In this document: piece by piece, positions 37,061 to 48,383 of the stretch
How positions within the stretch are numbered: position 1 is the stretch's first letter
How the letters are laid out: the number at the start of each line of letters is the position of its first letter
Assembly: GCA_002269645.1 (NCBI GenBank)
Contig: NIVC01000671.1
Coordinates: 124,001-188,000, forward strand
Reading direction: 5' to 3'
DNA: 64,000 nt
Source: Macrostomum lignano
Taxonomy: Eukaryota
The notes under the pieces: model-generated
What the model saw: the letters and a program-made list of their open reading frames with translations, nothing else
What the model was told of the DNA's origin: nothing
The model's database searches: none
Position numbers and translations under genes: made by a program

Positions 37061-37400
37061 AGTCTATCAAGAAGTACTTTCCTTAGAACGAGAGGCCCTG
37101 CACTCTGCCAAAGCTCACTTCTACTATAAGTAAGCTGACGTCAGGATGTGCAAAGGTTTCTAAAGGCGCTAACAAGTTTGTTCATTTCTTATCTCTCTCT
37201 GGGCTTTGCTTTGCTGGCAGAGACTGTGCGCACCACAGCTGGTTGGACTTTTTTATCTAAAAAATAGCTAAATTGCAACATTCCACTGCTTTTCTGCTAT
37301 TTAGACCAAGAAACTAACGATTTTAGAAGCAGTTTCGCCTGGTTGCTTGTACCTCTTGTTATTCCAAGTGAAAAGAAACATCAATTCAGCTGAGGAGATC

Positions 37401-40400
37401 ATGAGCATACTTGTGGCGGAAACTTTACAGTTGAACTCGGATGTTGACAACTCCACACAGCCTCCTGACTGGGCGGGGTTCACCGCCACGGGGATTGCTG
37501 TGCTGTTCTATGGCAGCAACTATGTTCCAGTGAAGAAGTTCGATACTGGAGACGGTGAGTCACTGCAGGGCTTGACGAGGGTTTTACAGACACAACTGAG
37601 GAAAGCAGAAGCTGAGCTTGAAGCTTTATCATATGGGAGTCTGGGACTTAGACTGAAGCTTCATCAGATGAGAGTCTGGGACTTAGACTGAAGCTTCATC
37701 AGATGAGAGTCTGAGCATCAGACTGAAGCTTCATCAGATGAGAGTCTGGGACTTAGACTGAAGCTTCATCAGATGGGAGTCTGGGACTCAAACTGAAGCT
37801 TCATCAGATGATGAGAGTCTGGGACTCAGACTGAAGCTTCATCAGATGATGAGAGTCTGGGACTCAGACTGAAACTTCATCAGATAAGAGTCTGGGACTC
37901 AGACTGAAACTTCATTAGATGAGTCTGGGACTTCAAACTGGAGATTCGGTGACTCAGACTAGACCTTCATTAGCTGGGAGTCTGGAAATCAGGCCAGAGC
38001 TTCATCAGGCGAGAGTCTGTCCCCATCCCGACCCCGCAGGCATGCTATTCCAGTTCTTCCTCTGCCTGGGCATCTGGCTGGTCGGCATGGCGGTCAACGC
38101 CATCCGAGCATTCCCGCTGTTCCACCCGACTGTGCTGCTGGGCGGCGCAATCTGGACATTCGGCAACCTGTTCGCGGTGCCGATCATCCAGACCATCGGC
38201 ATGGGCCTGGGCATACTGATCTGGGGCATGTTCAACATGCTGACTGGCTGGGCTACTGGCAGATTTGGGGTGCTCGGCATCCCACCGCAGGTGCCCAACA
38301 GCCTGGCCTTCAACTATGCCGGGGTGGCCATCAGCGCCGTCGCATCCGTGCTGTTCTTCTTCGTCAAGCCGGAGGCGGAGCAGCAGCTGCCGCAGGAATC
38401 CGCCACCTTCGAGGTGGAGCCCGGGCGGCGGAGTGTGCAGACCAGCGATCAGGTGGGTGTTGTTGATGTTGATGACATTGTTGTTGATGTTGCTGAAATT
38501 GTTGTTGATGTTGTTGACATTGTTGTTGATGTTGCTGAAATTGTTGTTGATGTTGTTGACATTGTTGTTGATGTTGCTGAAATTGTTGTTGATGTTGTTG
38601 ACATTGTTGTTGATGTTGTTGACATTGTTGTTGATGTTGTTGACATTGTTGTTGATGTTGATGACATTGTTGTTGATGTTGCTGAAATGTTGTTGATGTT
38701 GTTGACATTGTTGTTGATGTTGTTGACATTGTTGTTGATGTTGTTGACATTGTTGTTGATGTTGATGACATTGTTGTTGATGTTGATGACATTTTTGTTG
38801 ATGTTGATGACATTGTTGTTGGTGTTGATGACATTGTTGTTGATGTTGTTGACATTGTTGTTGATGTTGATGACATTGTTGTTGATGTTGATGACATTGT
38901 TGTTGATGTCGTTGGCATTGTTTTTGATGTTGTTGGTATTGTTTTTGATGTTGTTGGGATTGTTTTTGATGTTGTTGGGATTGTTTTTGATGTTGTTGGT
39001 ATTGTTTTTGATGTTGTTGGGATTGTTTTTGATGTTGTTGGGATTGTTTTTGATGTTGTTGGGATTGTTTTTGATGTTGTTGGGATTGTTTTTGATGTTG
39101 TTGGTATTGTTTTTGATGTTGTTGGGATTGTTGTTGATGTCGTTGGCATTGTTTTTGATGTTGTTGGTATTGTTTTTGATGTTGTTGGGATTGTTTTTGA
39201 TGTTGTTGGGATTGTTTTTGATGTTGTTGGGATTGTTTTTGATGTTGTTGGAATTGTTTTTGATGTTGATGAAATCGTTACTGATTTTGTTGTAAATATT
39301 CTTTAAAATACTGTTTATGTTGTGGGCATTTTTATGAACTTTATATTTGCAATCTGCTTATATTGTGTGCTGTTTTAGCGCTGTAGTTTTCGCTCATTAT
39401 ACATGTACCTACAATTGCTCCCCTGGCAACCAAAACTTCCTAGGAAGGCTCAATCTCAGTTTACGACGACGTTTTCGCCAATCAAGAGCAGGGCTCGAGC
39501 ACAGGACTCTATCCCAGCCTGAGCGCCGGTCGCCGACGGGGCGACAAGGCACCCATAGTGAGCCAGACCGCACCGGTGCCGGCGGCGCCTCAGCAGCTGC
39601 AGAAGCAGCCGTTCTGGCTGCAGATGTCCCCATTGAGGAGAAGGATTTTGTAAGGCTGATGCTGCAATCCACCTCTCCCCATCCCTCTGTGTGCTCCCCT
39701 CTCCACATCTCTCCCGATCTCCCTCTCTGCTCCCCTCCCTACATCTCTCCCGATCTCCCTCTCTGCTCCCCTCCCTACATCTCTCCCGATCTCCCTCTCT
39801 GCTCCCCTACCTACATCTCTCCCGATTTCCCTCTCTTCTCCCCTCCCTACATCTCTCCCGATCTCCCTCTCTTCTCCCCTCCTTACATCTCACCCGATCT
39901 CCCTCTGCTCTCCTCCCTACATCTCACCCCGATCTCCCTCTCCCTCTGCTTCCCTCCTTACATCTCACCCCGAACTCCCTCTCCCTCTGCTCTCCTCCCT
40001 TCATCTCACCCCGATCTCCCTCTCCCTCTGCTCTCCTCCCTACATCTCTCCCGATTTCCCTTTCTGCATCTTTCCCGAAATCTCAGATCCTGTGAAATTT
40101 ATTGCCTGTACTGTCAAAGCCAGATAAATTTCCACCTCTATCCATCCAGCGGGGTGACCCTGTCGGTGCTTATCGGGCCCATGTTCGGCGTGGGATTCGT
40201 GCCGACCTACTATGTGCAGGCTCACGTGCCGGGCGCCTCCAAGAACGGTGAGAGTCACATGAGCTGCGATGGGTGGGGCTGTTGAGCTGGAGTCACCGAT
40301 TCGCTCACACTGCTCACGTGGTCAGTCTGCACTCACTCTCTATCACACTCTGGTCACACTGATCACCCCTGCTCACAATCTGATCACATACTGCTCACAA

Positions 40401-42196
40401 TCTGATCACCCACTGCTCACAATCTGATCACACACTGCTCACAATCTGATCACGCACTGCTCACAATTTGATCACATACTGCTCACAATCTGATCACGCA
40501 CTGCTCACAATCTGATCACATACTGCTCACAATCTGATCACGCACTGCTCACAATCTGATCACATACTGCTCACAATCTGATCACGCACTGCTCACAATC
40601 TGATCACCCACTGCTCACAATCTGATCACACACTGCTCACAATCTGATCACCCACTGCTCACACACTGCTCACAATCTGATCACCCACTGTTCACACACT
40701 GCTCACAATCTGATCACCCACTGCTCACACACTGCTCACAATCTGATCACCCACTGCTCACACACTGCTCACAATCTGATCACACACTGCTCACAATCTT
40801 ATCACCCACTGTTCACACACTGCTCACAATCTGATCGCCCACTGCTCACAATCTGATCACCCACTGTTCACACACTGCTCACAATCTGATCGCCCACTGC
40901 TCACAATCTGATCACCCACTGTTCACACACTGCTCACAATCTGATCGCCCACTGCTCACAATCTGATCACCCACTGTTCACACACTGCTCACAATCTGAT
41001 CACCCACTGCTCACAATCTGATCACCCACTGCTCACAATCTGATCACACACTGCTCACAATCTGATCACGCACTGCTCACAATCTGATCACCCACTGCTC
41101 ACAATCTGATCACCCACTGCTCACGCACTGCTCACAATCTGATCACGCACTGCTCACAACCTGATCACACACTGCTCACCCACTACCCCAAGGACTCGAC
41201 TATGTATTCGCGCACTTCACCGGCATCTTCTGCGCCTCGTCCGTGTTCCTCATCCTGTACACCGTTGTCACTGGCAACCGTCCATCCGGCAGCCCGCGCA
41301 TCATCCTGCCAGCCATCGTCTCCGGGATGATGTGGGGCGTCGCCGGGGCCTCCTGGTTCCTGGCCAACCAGGTGCTGTCCGAGTCCATCTCCTACCCCAT
41401 CATATCGTCCGCACCGGCCATCGTAGCCGCCCTCTGGAGCGTCTGCGTCTTCCGCGAAATCCGGGTTCGTAACAGCTACATGTACCTCATCCTGACTATG
41501 GCTACCTCATACTGACTATGGCTACCTCATCCTGACTATGGCTACCTCATACTGACTATGGCTACCTCACCCTGACTATGGCTACCTCACCCTGACTATG
41601 GCTACCTCACCCTGACTATGGCTACCTCACCCTGACTATGGCTACCTCACCCTGACTATGGCTACCTCACCCTAACTATGGCTACCTCACCCTGACTATG
41701 GCTACCTCACCCTGACTATGGCTACCTCACCCTGACTATGGCTACCTAACCCTGACTATGGCTACCTCACCCTGACTATGGCTACCTCACCCTGACTATG
41801 GCTACCTCACCCTATGGCTACCTCACAATACGACTAGCTACTTCACAGTGCTCCTGGCTACCCCACTCTACTGCTAGCTACCTCTCACTCTACCCTCAGC
41901 TACCCCACCCTACCTCTAGCTACCTCACTCTACCCTAATATATCTCACTCTACCCTAATGTATCGCACTCTATCCTAGCTACCTCACTCTACCCTGGCTA
42001 CCTCACTCTACTCCCAGTACTTCAGCTTACCTCTAGCTACCTTACTCTACCCCAGAAAACATTACTCCACTCTACCCATTCGAATCAAACGCAAACGATT
42101 TGCCAACTGCAGGGCGCCCGAAACCTGGTCATCCTCTGCATCGCCATCTGCATGTGCACCGCAGGCAGCATTATGAATGGCCTGTCAAAAACCTGA
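37401..42196 (+). CDS. TMEM144: Transmembrane protein 144 (drug/metabolite transporter-fold membrane protein), about 408 aa
   Basis: Exons 37401-37554, 38040-38452, 39444-39649, 40150-40247, 41193-41464, 42113-42196, phase-consistent. Motifs match recalled TMEM144: FYGSNYVPVKKFDTGDGMLFQ, GNLFAVPIIQTIGMGLGILIWG, LDYVFAHFTGIF, SYPIISSAP. Confidence 0.92.
37635..37985. repeat. 35-bp intronic minisatellite (GAGTCTGGGACTTAGACTGAAGCTTCATCAGATGA)n
   Basis: TMEM144 intron 1. Confidence 0.9.
38455..39290. repeat. GTT/GAT-based 21-bp intronic repeat
   Basis: TMEM144 intron 2; produces the spurious poly-L/V extension of ORF 37919-39295. Confidence 0.92.
39700..40050. repeat. 36-bp CT-rich intronic minisatellite
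   Basis: (TCTCTCCCGATCTCCCTCTCTGCTCCCCTCCCTACA)n in TMEM144 intron 3. Confidence 0.88.
40345..41185. repeat. 22-bp intronic minisatellite (CTGCTCACAATCTGATCACCCA)n
   Basis: TMEM144 intron 4; ends within about 10 nt of the acceptor. Confidence 0.94.
41480..41825. repeat. 20-bp intronic minisatellite (CTGACTATGGCTACCTCACC)n
   Basis: TMEM144 intron 5. Confidence 0.94.
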
Positions 42197-42504
42197 ATAA
42201 GAGTAACCGAATGCCTTTCGAGTAAACCGTTAATTTGACTTCATCCTCTGTTTGCAGAGGCAGGATTTCGCTAAGAAAACGATTAGTCTATTTGCTTAGA
42301 CCAGTTATTGTTAAAAAGGCACAAGATAAAGAACATTTTTATATTTTTGCGAATTCCATTCATACTGTATCAAATACATTAGAAACATTGCAAGCCTCAA
42401 TGGGGCCAAATATATATTTAAAGACAAAAAGGTCTCCACAGAACTTTATCAGATTGTAAACAAAATATATGCGATTTGTTTACTTTATTTATGAAGACTG
42501 TTGT

Positions 42505-43278
42505 ACAAGTGTGAGAGAGAGTAGAGAGGGCAGAGAGGACAGAGAGACCGGAAACAGATGTACAGTGTGTGAGGGGAGAGGGAGTGAGGTGGCTGGTGGG
42601 GTAAGGGCAGAGAGGACAGAGAGACAGGAAACAGATGTACAGTGTGAGGGGAGCGGGAGTGAGGTGGCTGGCGGGGTAAGGGCAGAGAGGACAGAGAGAG
42701 CGGAAGCAGATGTACAATATGAGGGGAGAGGGAGTGAGGTGGCTGGCGGGGTAAGGGCAGAGAGGACAGAGAGAGCGGAAGCAGATGTACAATATGAGGG
42801 GAGAGGGAGTGAGGTGGCTGGTGGGGTAAGGGCAGAGAGGACAGAGAGAGCGGGAGCAGATGTACAGTGTGAGGGGAGCGGGAGTGAGGTGGCTGGCGGG
42901 GTAAGGGCAGAGAGGACAGAGAGAGCGGGAGCAGATGTACAGTGTGAGGGGAGCGGGAGTGAGGTGGCTGGCGGGGTAAGGGCAGAGAGGACAGAGAGAG
43001 CGGAAGCAGATGTACAATATGAGGGGAGCGGGAGTGAGGTGGCTGGCGGGGTAAGGGCAGAGAGGACAGAGAGAGCGGGAGCAGATGTACAGTGTGAGGG
43101 AAGCGGGAGTGAGGTGGCTGGCGGGGTAAGGGTAGAGACGACAGAGACAGCGGAAGCAGATGTACAGTGTGAGGGGAGCTGGAGTGAGGTGGCTGGCGGG
43201 GTAAGGGTAGAGAGGACAGAGAGAGCGGGAGCAGATGTACAGTGTGAGGGGAGCGGGAGTGAGGTGGCTGGCGGGTTA
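42505..43278. repeat. 75-bp purine-rich intergenic minisatellite
   Basis: About 10 units; 25-aa periodicity in pseudo-ORF 42469-43311. Confidence 0.94.
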
Positions 43279-43657
43279 AAGGTAGAGGTTGGACATTGGA
43301 AATTAGCATAAAAAATAATTTCAATTTATTTATCAAATGTGAAATCACAGATAGATCTAAAAAAATTCTGAAAGAAGACTTTAAGTTGATTTTGAGGAAT
43401 AACCTTCAAACATACTATACATCATGCACTAAAGTAAGTGAAATGAGACATTTATTTTGGATTTATAGTACATGGTCCGACCGGGCGTAGCTTGGTTGGG
43501 TGTTAAACCAGTGGGGCGTGGCTCTTGTGCGTTGGTGCGGGGGGTGGTGGGCCGGGCCTTGGTCACGTGCCCGCGGCCTGGGTGGCGGTTTTTTAATGCG
43601 GTGCGGGCTGTCGCTGACCCGCCAAGCGCGTATTGATTTTTTTTCTCAATTTTTGCA

Positions 43658-44776
43658 ATGGCTGACCGCGACAAACTTATGCACCTGAGCAAGGTGGCTC
43701 TGCAAGCCTTGTGTGCCCACGCTAACATAAGCAGTCGGGGCAACAAGGCCGACCTTGTCAGCGCCCTTCTCGCAGCCCCAGACCAGTCGTGGACAGATTC
43801 GCTGTTGCAGAACATGGAGCAATCTGAGCAAGAAGCCGAAGCAGACGACAACATCAGTACGGAGGCGGCTCGGGAGTCGGCGGCGGGCCTGGACGAGGAC
43901 ATCGCGAAGGCGGAGAAGGAGATCAGACTGTTGCAGCTACGCAAGGAAGCCGCTCAACTCAAGAGGGAGATCGGAGATCTGCAGCGCGAGTGTCCATCCA
44001 CGCGTCCTATGAATCGCGGTGAGTGTGCCAAGCCTGCTGGCCCCAGTTACTTTCCTGATGGGTGTGATGATGCTGGATTAGACCAAGAAGATAATGGCAA
44101 TGAGCTGCTTGACAGATTGTTGTCACAGAACAGGGCCAATGAACGGATGGAGTCTTCTGGTAGACGTAAGGCTCTCCTGGTTCGTGATTTCCTCGACGGC
44201 TTTGAGCAGGAAGAGGTGCTGGCTAATGGTTCTGGTGGCCGAATCACTTACAAGAGCAGAAAACCTAATCCAGATAGCATCACGGCAGCGCAGTATTTGG
44301 TAGGCAATTGCAGGCTGATGATGCAGATGATCAAGGATGGTGCCCTGGTGACTAGTAGAAATGGAACTGCCGACACGACTGATTTGATGAATTACTTACG
44401 CTACTCAATACAGATTGGCGAGCTGTTTGACGGGGGCTTCGGCCTGGCGCAGGTGAATCGTTTTGACGAGGACTACCGCACTAGGCAAGCTGAAACTGGC
44501 ATGCGATGGGGCAAGGAGTCTTTCCAACTCGTTGCTAAGCACTTAATCAGAACTGGAACTCCAGCAAACCATGGAGTCAGCAAGTCATTGCCCCAGCCAC
44601 GGCAGCAGCGTTTTCAAAAACCAATAGACCCCAAGAGCCTCAGAACGCCAGACGGGGAAGAGATCTGCTTGCACTTTAATCGCCGGGGGTGCTTCCGGTC
44701 GAGCTGCAAATTCCGGCACGTCTGCCGCATCTGTTTCGAGGCCCACCCTGAGGCCAACCATTCGACAAAAAACTGA
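43658..44776 (+). CDS. Gag-like ORF1 (372 aa): SAP/HeH-like N-terminus, coiled coil, C-terminal Cys/His zinc knuckle
   Basis: LSKVALQALCAHANISSRGNKADLVSALL resembles SAP; heptad-rich EDIAKAEKEIRLLQLRKEAAQLKREIGDLQ; C-terminal CLHFNRRGCFRSSCKFRHVCRICFEAH. Confidence 0.85.
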   Translation: MADRDKLMHLSKVALQALCAHANISSRGNKADLVSALLAAPDQSWTDSLLQNMEQSEQEAEADDNISTEAARESAAGLDEDIAKAEKEIRLLQLRKEAAQLKREIGDLQRECPSTRPMNRGECAKPAGPSYFPDGCDDAGLDQEDNGNELLDRLLSQNRANERMESSGRRKALLVRDFLDGFEQEEVLANGSGGRITYKSRKPNPDSITAAQYLVGNCRLMMQMIKDGALVTSRNGTADTTDLMNYLRYSIQIGELFDGGFGLAQVNRFDEDYRTRQAETGMRWGKESFQLVAKHLIRTGTPANHGVSKSLPQPRQQRFQKPIDPKSLRTPDGEEICLHFNRRGCFRSSCKFRHVCRICFEAHPEANHSTKN

Positions 44777-44784
44777 AGTCTGCG

Positions 44785-46595
44785 ATGCTCTGTTTTAATC
44801 CTAAAATTTTGCCTAATGCTCAGCCTGCTTTAAATTTTAACAATCCTGTCGTTGGCAGTGCAGGGGGTCGCCTGCGTTTTTGTTCGCGGGATTCTGAGCT
44901 TGAGAATGACCCTGATCGGAATTTTATCCTAGACGGCATCGCAAATGGTTTTCGCATTACTGATGGCAAAGGGCTTTGTGAGACTTTTAATGCCAATTCC
45001 ATGTCTACTTCTACTTTTCATCGCGCTGTTGAGCTGCAAATTAAGGAAGAGATTGAGAATGGCAGGTATTTGATTGTGCCTAAGAAGCCTACGATGGTCA
45101 GCCCTCTGGGAGCAATTCCCAAGGATAACGGGAAGGCTCGACTTATTCATGACTGCAGCACGCCTCCGGGCTACTCGGTAAATGACAACTATACGAAGAA
45201 GCTGAGCCCCAGGTTTGAGTCCGTCAAGAAGGTTGCAGCCTCTATCGGCAAGGGCTGGTTCATGGCAAAGCTTGACTTGTCGCAAGCTTACAGAAGCGTG
45301 GCGATCCATCCGGATGATTACCAGGCGACCGGCATTGGTTGGCGTTTTAAAGGCAACCGTGATCTGACATGGCTTGTCGACACCCGGCTACCCTTTGGTA
45401 GCTGCGCCTCGGTCGAGATTTTCTACCGGCTTACTCAAGCGGTCAAGAGGATGATGGTGCGACGCGGCGTGGCCAATATTTCGGTTTACCTGGATGATTT
45501 TCTGGTTGCAGCCGAGAGCGAGAAAGAGTGTATGGATGCTCTGAAAGAGCTGATTAAGCTGGTTCGCCAGTTAGGTTTTGGTGTCAATTGGAATAAAGTG
45601 GTTGAACCTACGCAATGCTTGGTGTATCTCGGTGTGAAGATTGATACTGTCCGTGGAGTTCTTAGGTGCCGGCGGAAAAGTGTGAGGAAATGCGCACCAC
45701 ACTGCTTAACTTTTCGCAGCGCAGGCGTCTCTCGAAACGACAGCTTTCGTCGCTTTGTGGCAAGCTCAGCTGGGTCGTCCAGGTGGTGCACGCTGGGAGT
45801 TGCTTCCTAAGACCCCTGTTCGACCTGCTTAATGCCCTGGAAAAGCCACATCACAAAGTGCGTGTGTCCGCTGACACTGTGCGTATTTTACTCTGGTGGC
45901 GAGGTGCCCTTCTGAAGCTGCCTGATTTTCAGCTTTGGAGAAGTTGCACAAACGGCTGGATCATCGAAACCGATGCGAGCAGTGCTGGTGGCGGAGCCAT
46001 TTTGCGCAATGGTAGCGGTATGGTGGATTGGCTGTACGTCAATTGGGATCTGGATGCTGGAGGAAAGTTTAAAGACAAGCATATCACGTACAAAGAAGCT
46101 ATTGTTCCGCTGCTGGCTATGGTTCGCTGGGGTGCCTTTTTAAATGACAGTTCGGTCGTGGTCTACTCCGACTCTAGTGCGGCTGTTGGCATGATTAACA
46201 GAGGTTGCTGTCGGCAGCCTGAGTTGCAGCCGCTGTTCCAGACTGCCATGCTCATTGCTGTTAGGCGTGGGGTTGAGGTGCGCGCTTTTCATGTGCCTGG
46301 CTGGTACCATGTCTTTGCGGACCCGTGCTCTAGGCTGCACGCCGTGGACAAAATGCGCGATTTTTTATTTCGGGTGTATGGCTCTGTTGACTGCTGTTTT
46401 AACGAGATCGCTAGCCATGCTTTCTGCCCTGCTGCCTCCGTTTTTCTCATTTTACAGGCCCTCCGCGCCAGACTCCCGACCGCCTCAGCAAGCGTTGCGC
46501 ATTTATCCTGGGCAATGCCTACGCGCCCCGCACGAAGCGGAGTTACCGGTCGCAGCTCGCGTCTTGGCTGCGATTTTGCAATTCCCGGCACCTGA
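44785..46595 (+). CDS. Pol (reverse transcriptase + RNase H), interrupted by a 1-bp frameshift at about 45664-45667
   Basis: RT motifs KLDLSQAYRSV, LPFGSCAS, YLDDFL in frame 44785; RNase H motifs ETDASS, YKEA, YSDSSAAV, FADPCSR in frame 45666. Confidence 0.88.
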
Positions 46596-47458
46596 CGCCG
46601 CTGCGGGCAGAGTCTGTGCACGTGGCTGAATACCTGGCTGAGCTGTCCACCCGGCTGTCAGCCTTTCGGAGTTGCCAGGCGTATGCTAACGCGGTCTCGC
46701 TGTACTTCAGAGCTCTCGGCCGGTCGGACCCGTGCGAGTCGCCGATGGTTAAGCTGGTGCTTCGTGGTCTTCGCCGGTGTCTCAGTCGGCAGCAGCGCTC
46801 AAGGGAGCCATTCAGAGTCGCGGATCTCCTCAAGCTACACGCCCACCTGGACCAACGTCTGAAGAGTGACATCGCGTTCTGGGCAGCAGTTCTGTCAGCC
46901 TGGTGGGGTATGCTGCGAAAAGCGAATGTGACGACGCAATCGGGGCAGCTCGATCTGTGGTGCGACCTGGCAGCATCGAGCATCGTCTTTTCAGAGTACG
47001 ACTGTGAGCTCACTGTGCGGCATTCGAAGACCAACCAGTTTGGCGATCGAGTTCAGCGAGTGTTTCTTCCGAAACTGCCTGATGGAAGCTTGTGTGTCCT
47101 GTGTCCGTTCCGTGCGCTCGAGCGGCAGCTACGGACAAACCGAATCGGCCAGGCGCCGCGTCCGGTTCACCTGTTCTCCACGTGGTCGTCCGCGGGATGG
47201 TTGCCTCTGACGGCTAGCAGGTTTGATAGCCGGCTTCGTTCGCTCTGCACATCGGCGGGTTTGTCGCCACGCGAGTTCACTGGCCACGGGCTGCGGCGGG
47301 GCGGCGCTACGGCAGCCATGCAGCTCGGTGTTCCACTGCCGATGATCAAGAAGCTGGGCGACTGGAAGGGCAACTCAGTGTTTCGCTATCTATCTGTTCG
47401 GGACTCGGATGCCAGGGCGGCTGTGCATGGCTTGGCTCGTCGGGTTGGCGCGCTCTAA
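46458..47458 (+). CDS. Tyrosine recombinase (YR), lacking its own initiator ATG
   Basis: Frame open from 46415. N-terminal domain NAYAPRTKRSYRSQLASWLRFC and catalytic residues MLRKAN (R), RHSKTNQ (K), GHGLRRGGAT (HxLR), LGDWKGNSVFRY (W, Y). The first in-frame ATG lies inside the N-terminal domain (PMVK, about 46745). Confidence 0.88.
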
Positions 47459-47794
47459 CTCTCTCTCTCTCTCTCTCTCTATGTCGAACTTTCTGGTTTG
47501 GGTTGGGCCAGGCTCGAACCTGCGCCTCTCGTGCCAACTGCCTTGACTTCGTCTCACTGGTTTAATGGTCCGACCGGGCGTAGCTTGGTTGGGTGTTAAA
47601 CCAGTGGGGCGTGGCTCTTGTGCGTTGGTGCGGGGGGTGGTGGGCCGGGCCTTGGTCACGTGCCCGCGGCCTGGGTGGCGGTTTTTTAATGCGGTGCGGG
47701 CTGTCGCTGACCCGCCAAGCGCGTATTGATTTTTTTTTCTCGCTTTTAAGTCTCCAAGGTTTTTATTTGGCTTTTAGTCCGGTAAATTAAAGTT

Positions 47795-47800
47795 AATAAA
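47795..47800 (+). terminator. Candidate polyadenylation signal of the retrotransposon
   Basis: AATAAA in the unique spacer between A2 and B2, about 25 nt before B2. Confidence 0.4.
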
Positions 47801-48383
47801 TACGCTCGAATACTCGTACAATAGGGCCAGGCTCGAACCTGCGCCTCTCGTGCCAACTGCCTTGACTTCGTCTCACTGGTTTAACAGGCTTACAGTAGTA
47901 TGTATTGCAAAAGAGCTAACGCAATACTGACTATGCACTTGGTACTACGATTTTCATTGAGTTCACGCAGAAAGTGAGTGAAATGGCTAAGAAACTATTA
48001 CCACGATTAAACTAATAATTTTTAAGTCACTAAATTAGGAAAGACCAACTGACCACTATATGGACAATGATTTAATCTAAGAAAGTGAAAGCAAGCACAG
48101 TAAAAAAGTTTCAACGACAAATTTGCAGGAAAAGGCTATTAAAACAATTGAAAATCTATAAATTCTGCTTCAATAAAACTAACATTAGGTTAACTTGTTT
48201 TAAATCAAATTAGCGATCTAGCAGCCAATCAGCAGCCATCTAGCAGCCATCTAGCAGCCAATCAGCAGCCATCTAGCAGCCAATCAGCATATATCTAGCA
48301 GCCAATCAGCATATATCTAGCAGCCATCTAGCAGCCAATCAGCAGCCATCTAGCAGCCATCTAGCAGCCATGTACAGTCAGAG

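Larger units (their letters stand above)
43472..47884 (+). mobile_element. Tyrosine-recombinase retrotransposon (DIRS order, Ngaro/PAT-type) with split direct repeats A1-gag-pol-YR-B1-A2-spacer-B2
   Basis: A1 43472-43647 matches A2 47565-47741 except for a T-run length; B1 47505-47565 equals B2 47824-47884 (61 bp). Internal gag, RT/RNase H and YR frames; no methyltransferase seen. Confidence 0.93.

Noticed and set aside
37919-39295. 458-aa ORF with a long hydrophobic Leu/Met tail
   Set aside because: TMEM144 exon 2 read through into a GTT/GAT intronic repeat.
46255-46629. Third overlapping ORF in the retrotransposon
   Set aside because: No recognisable domain (including no methyltransferase motif); likely a by-product of GC-rich overlapping frames.
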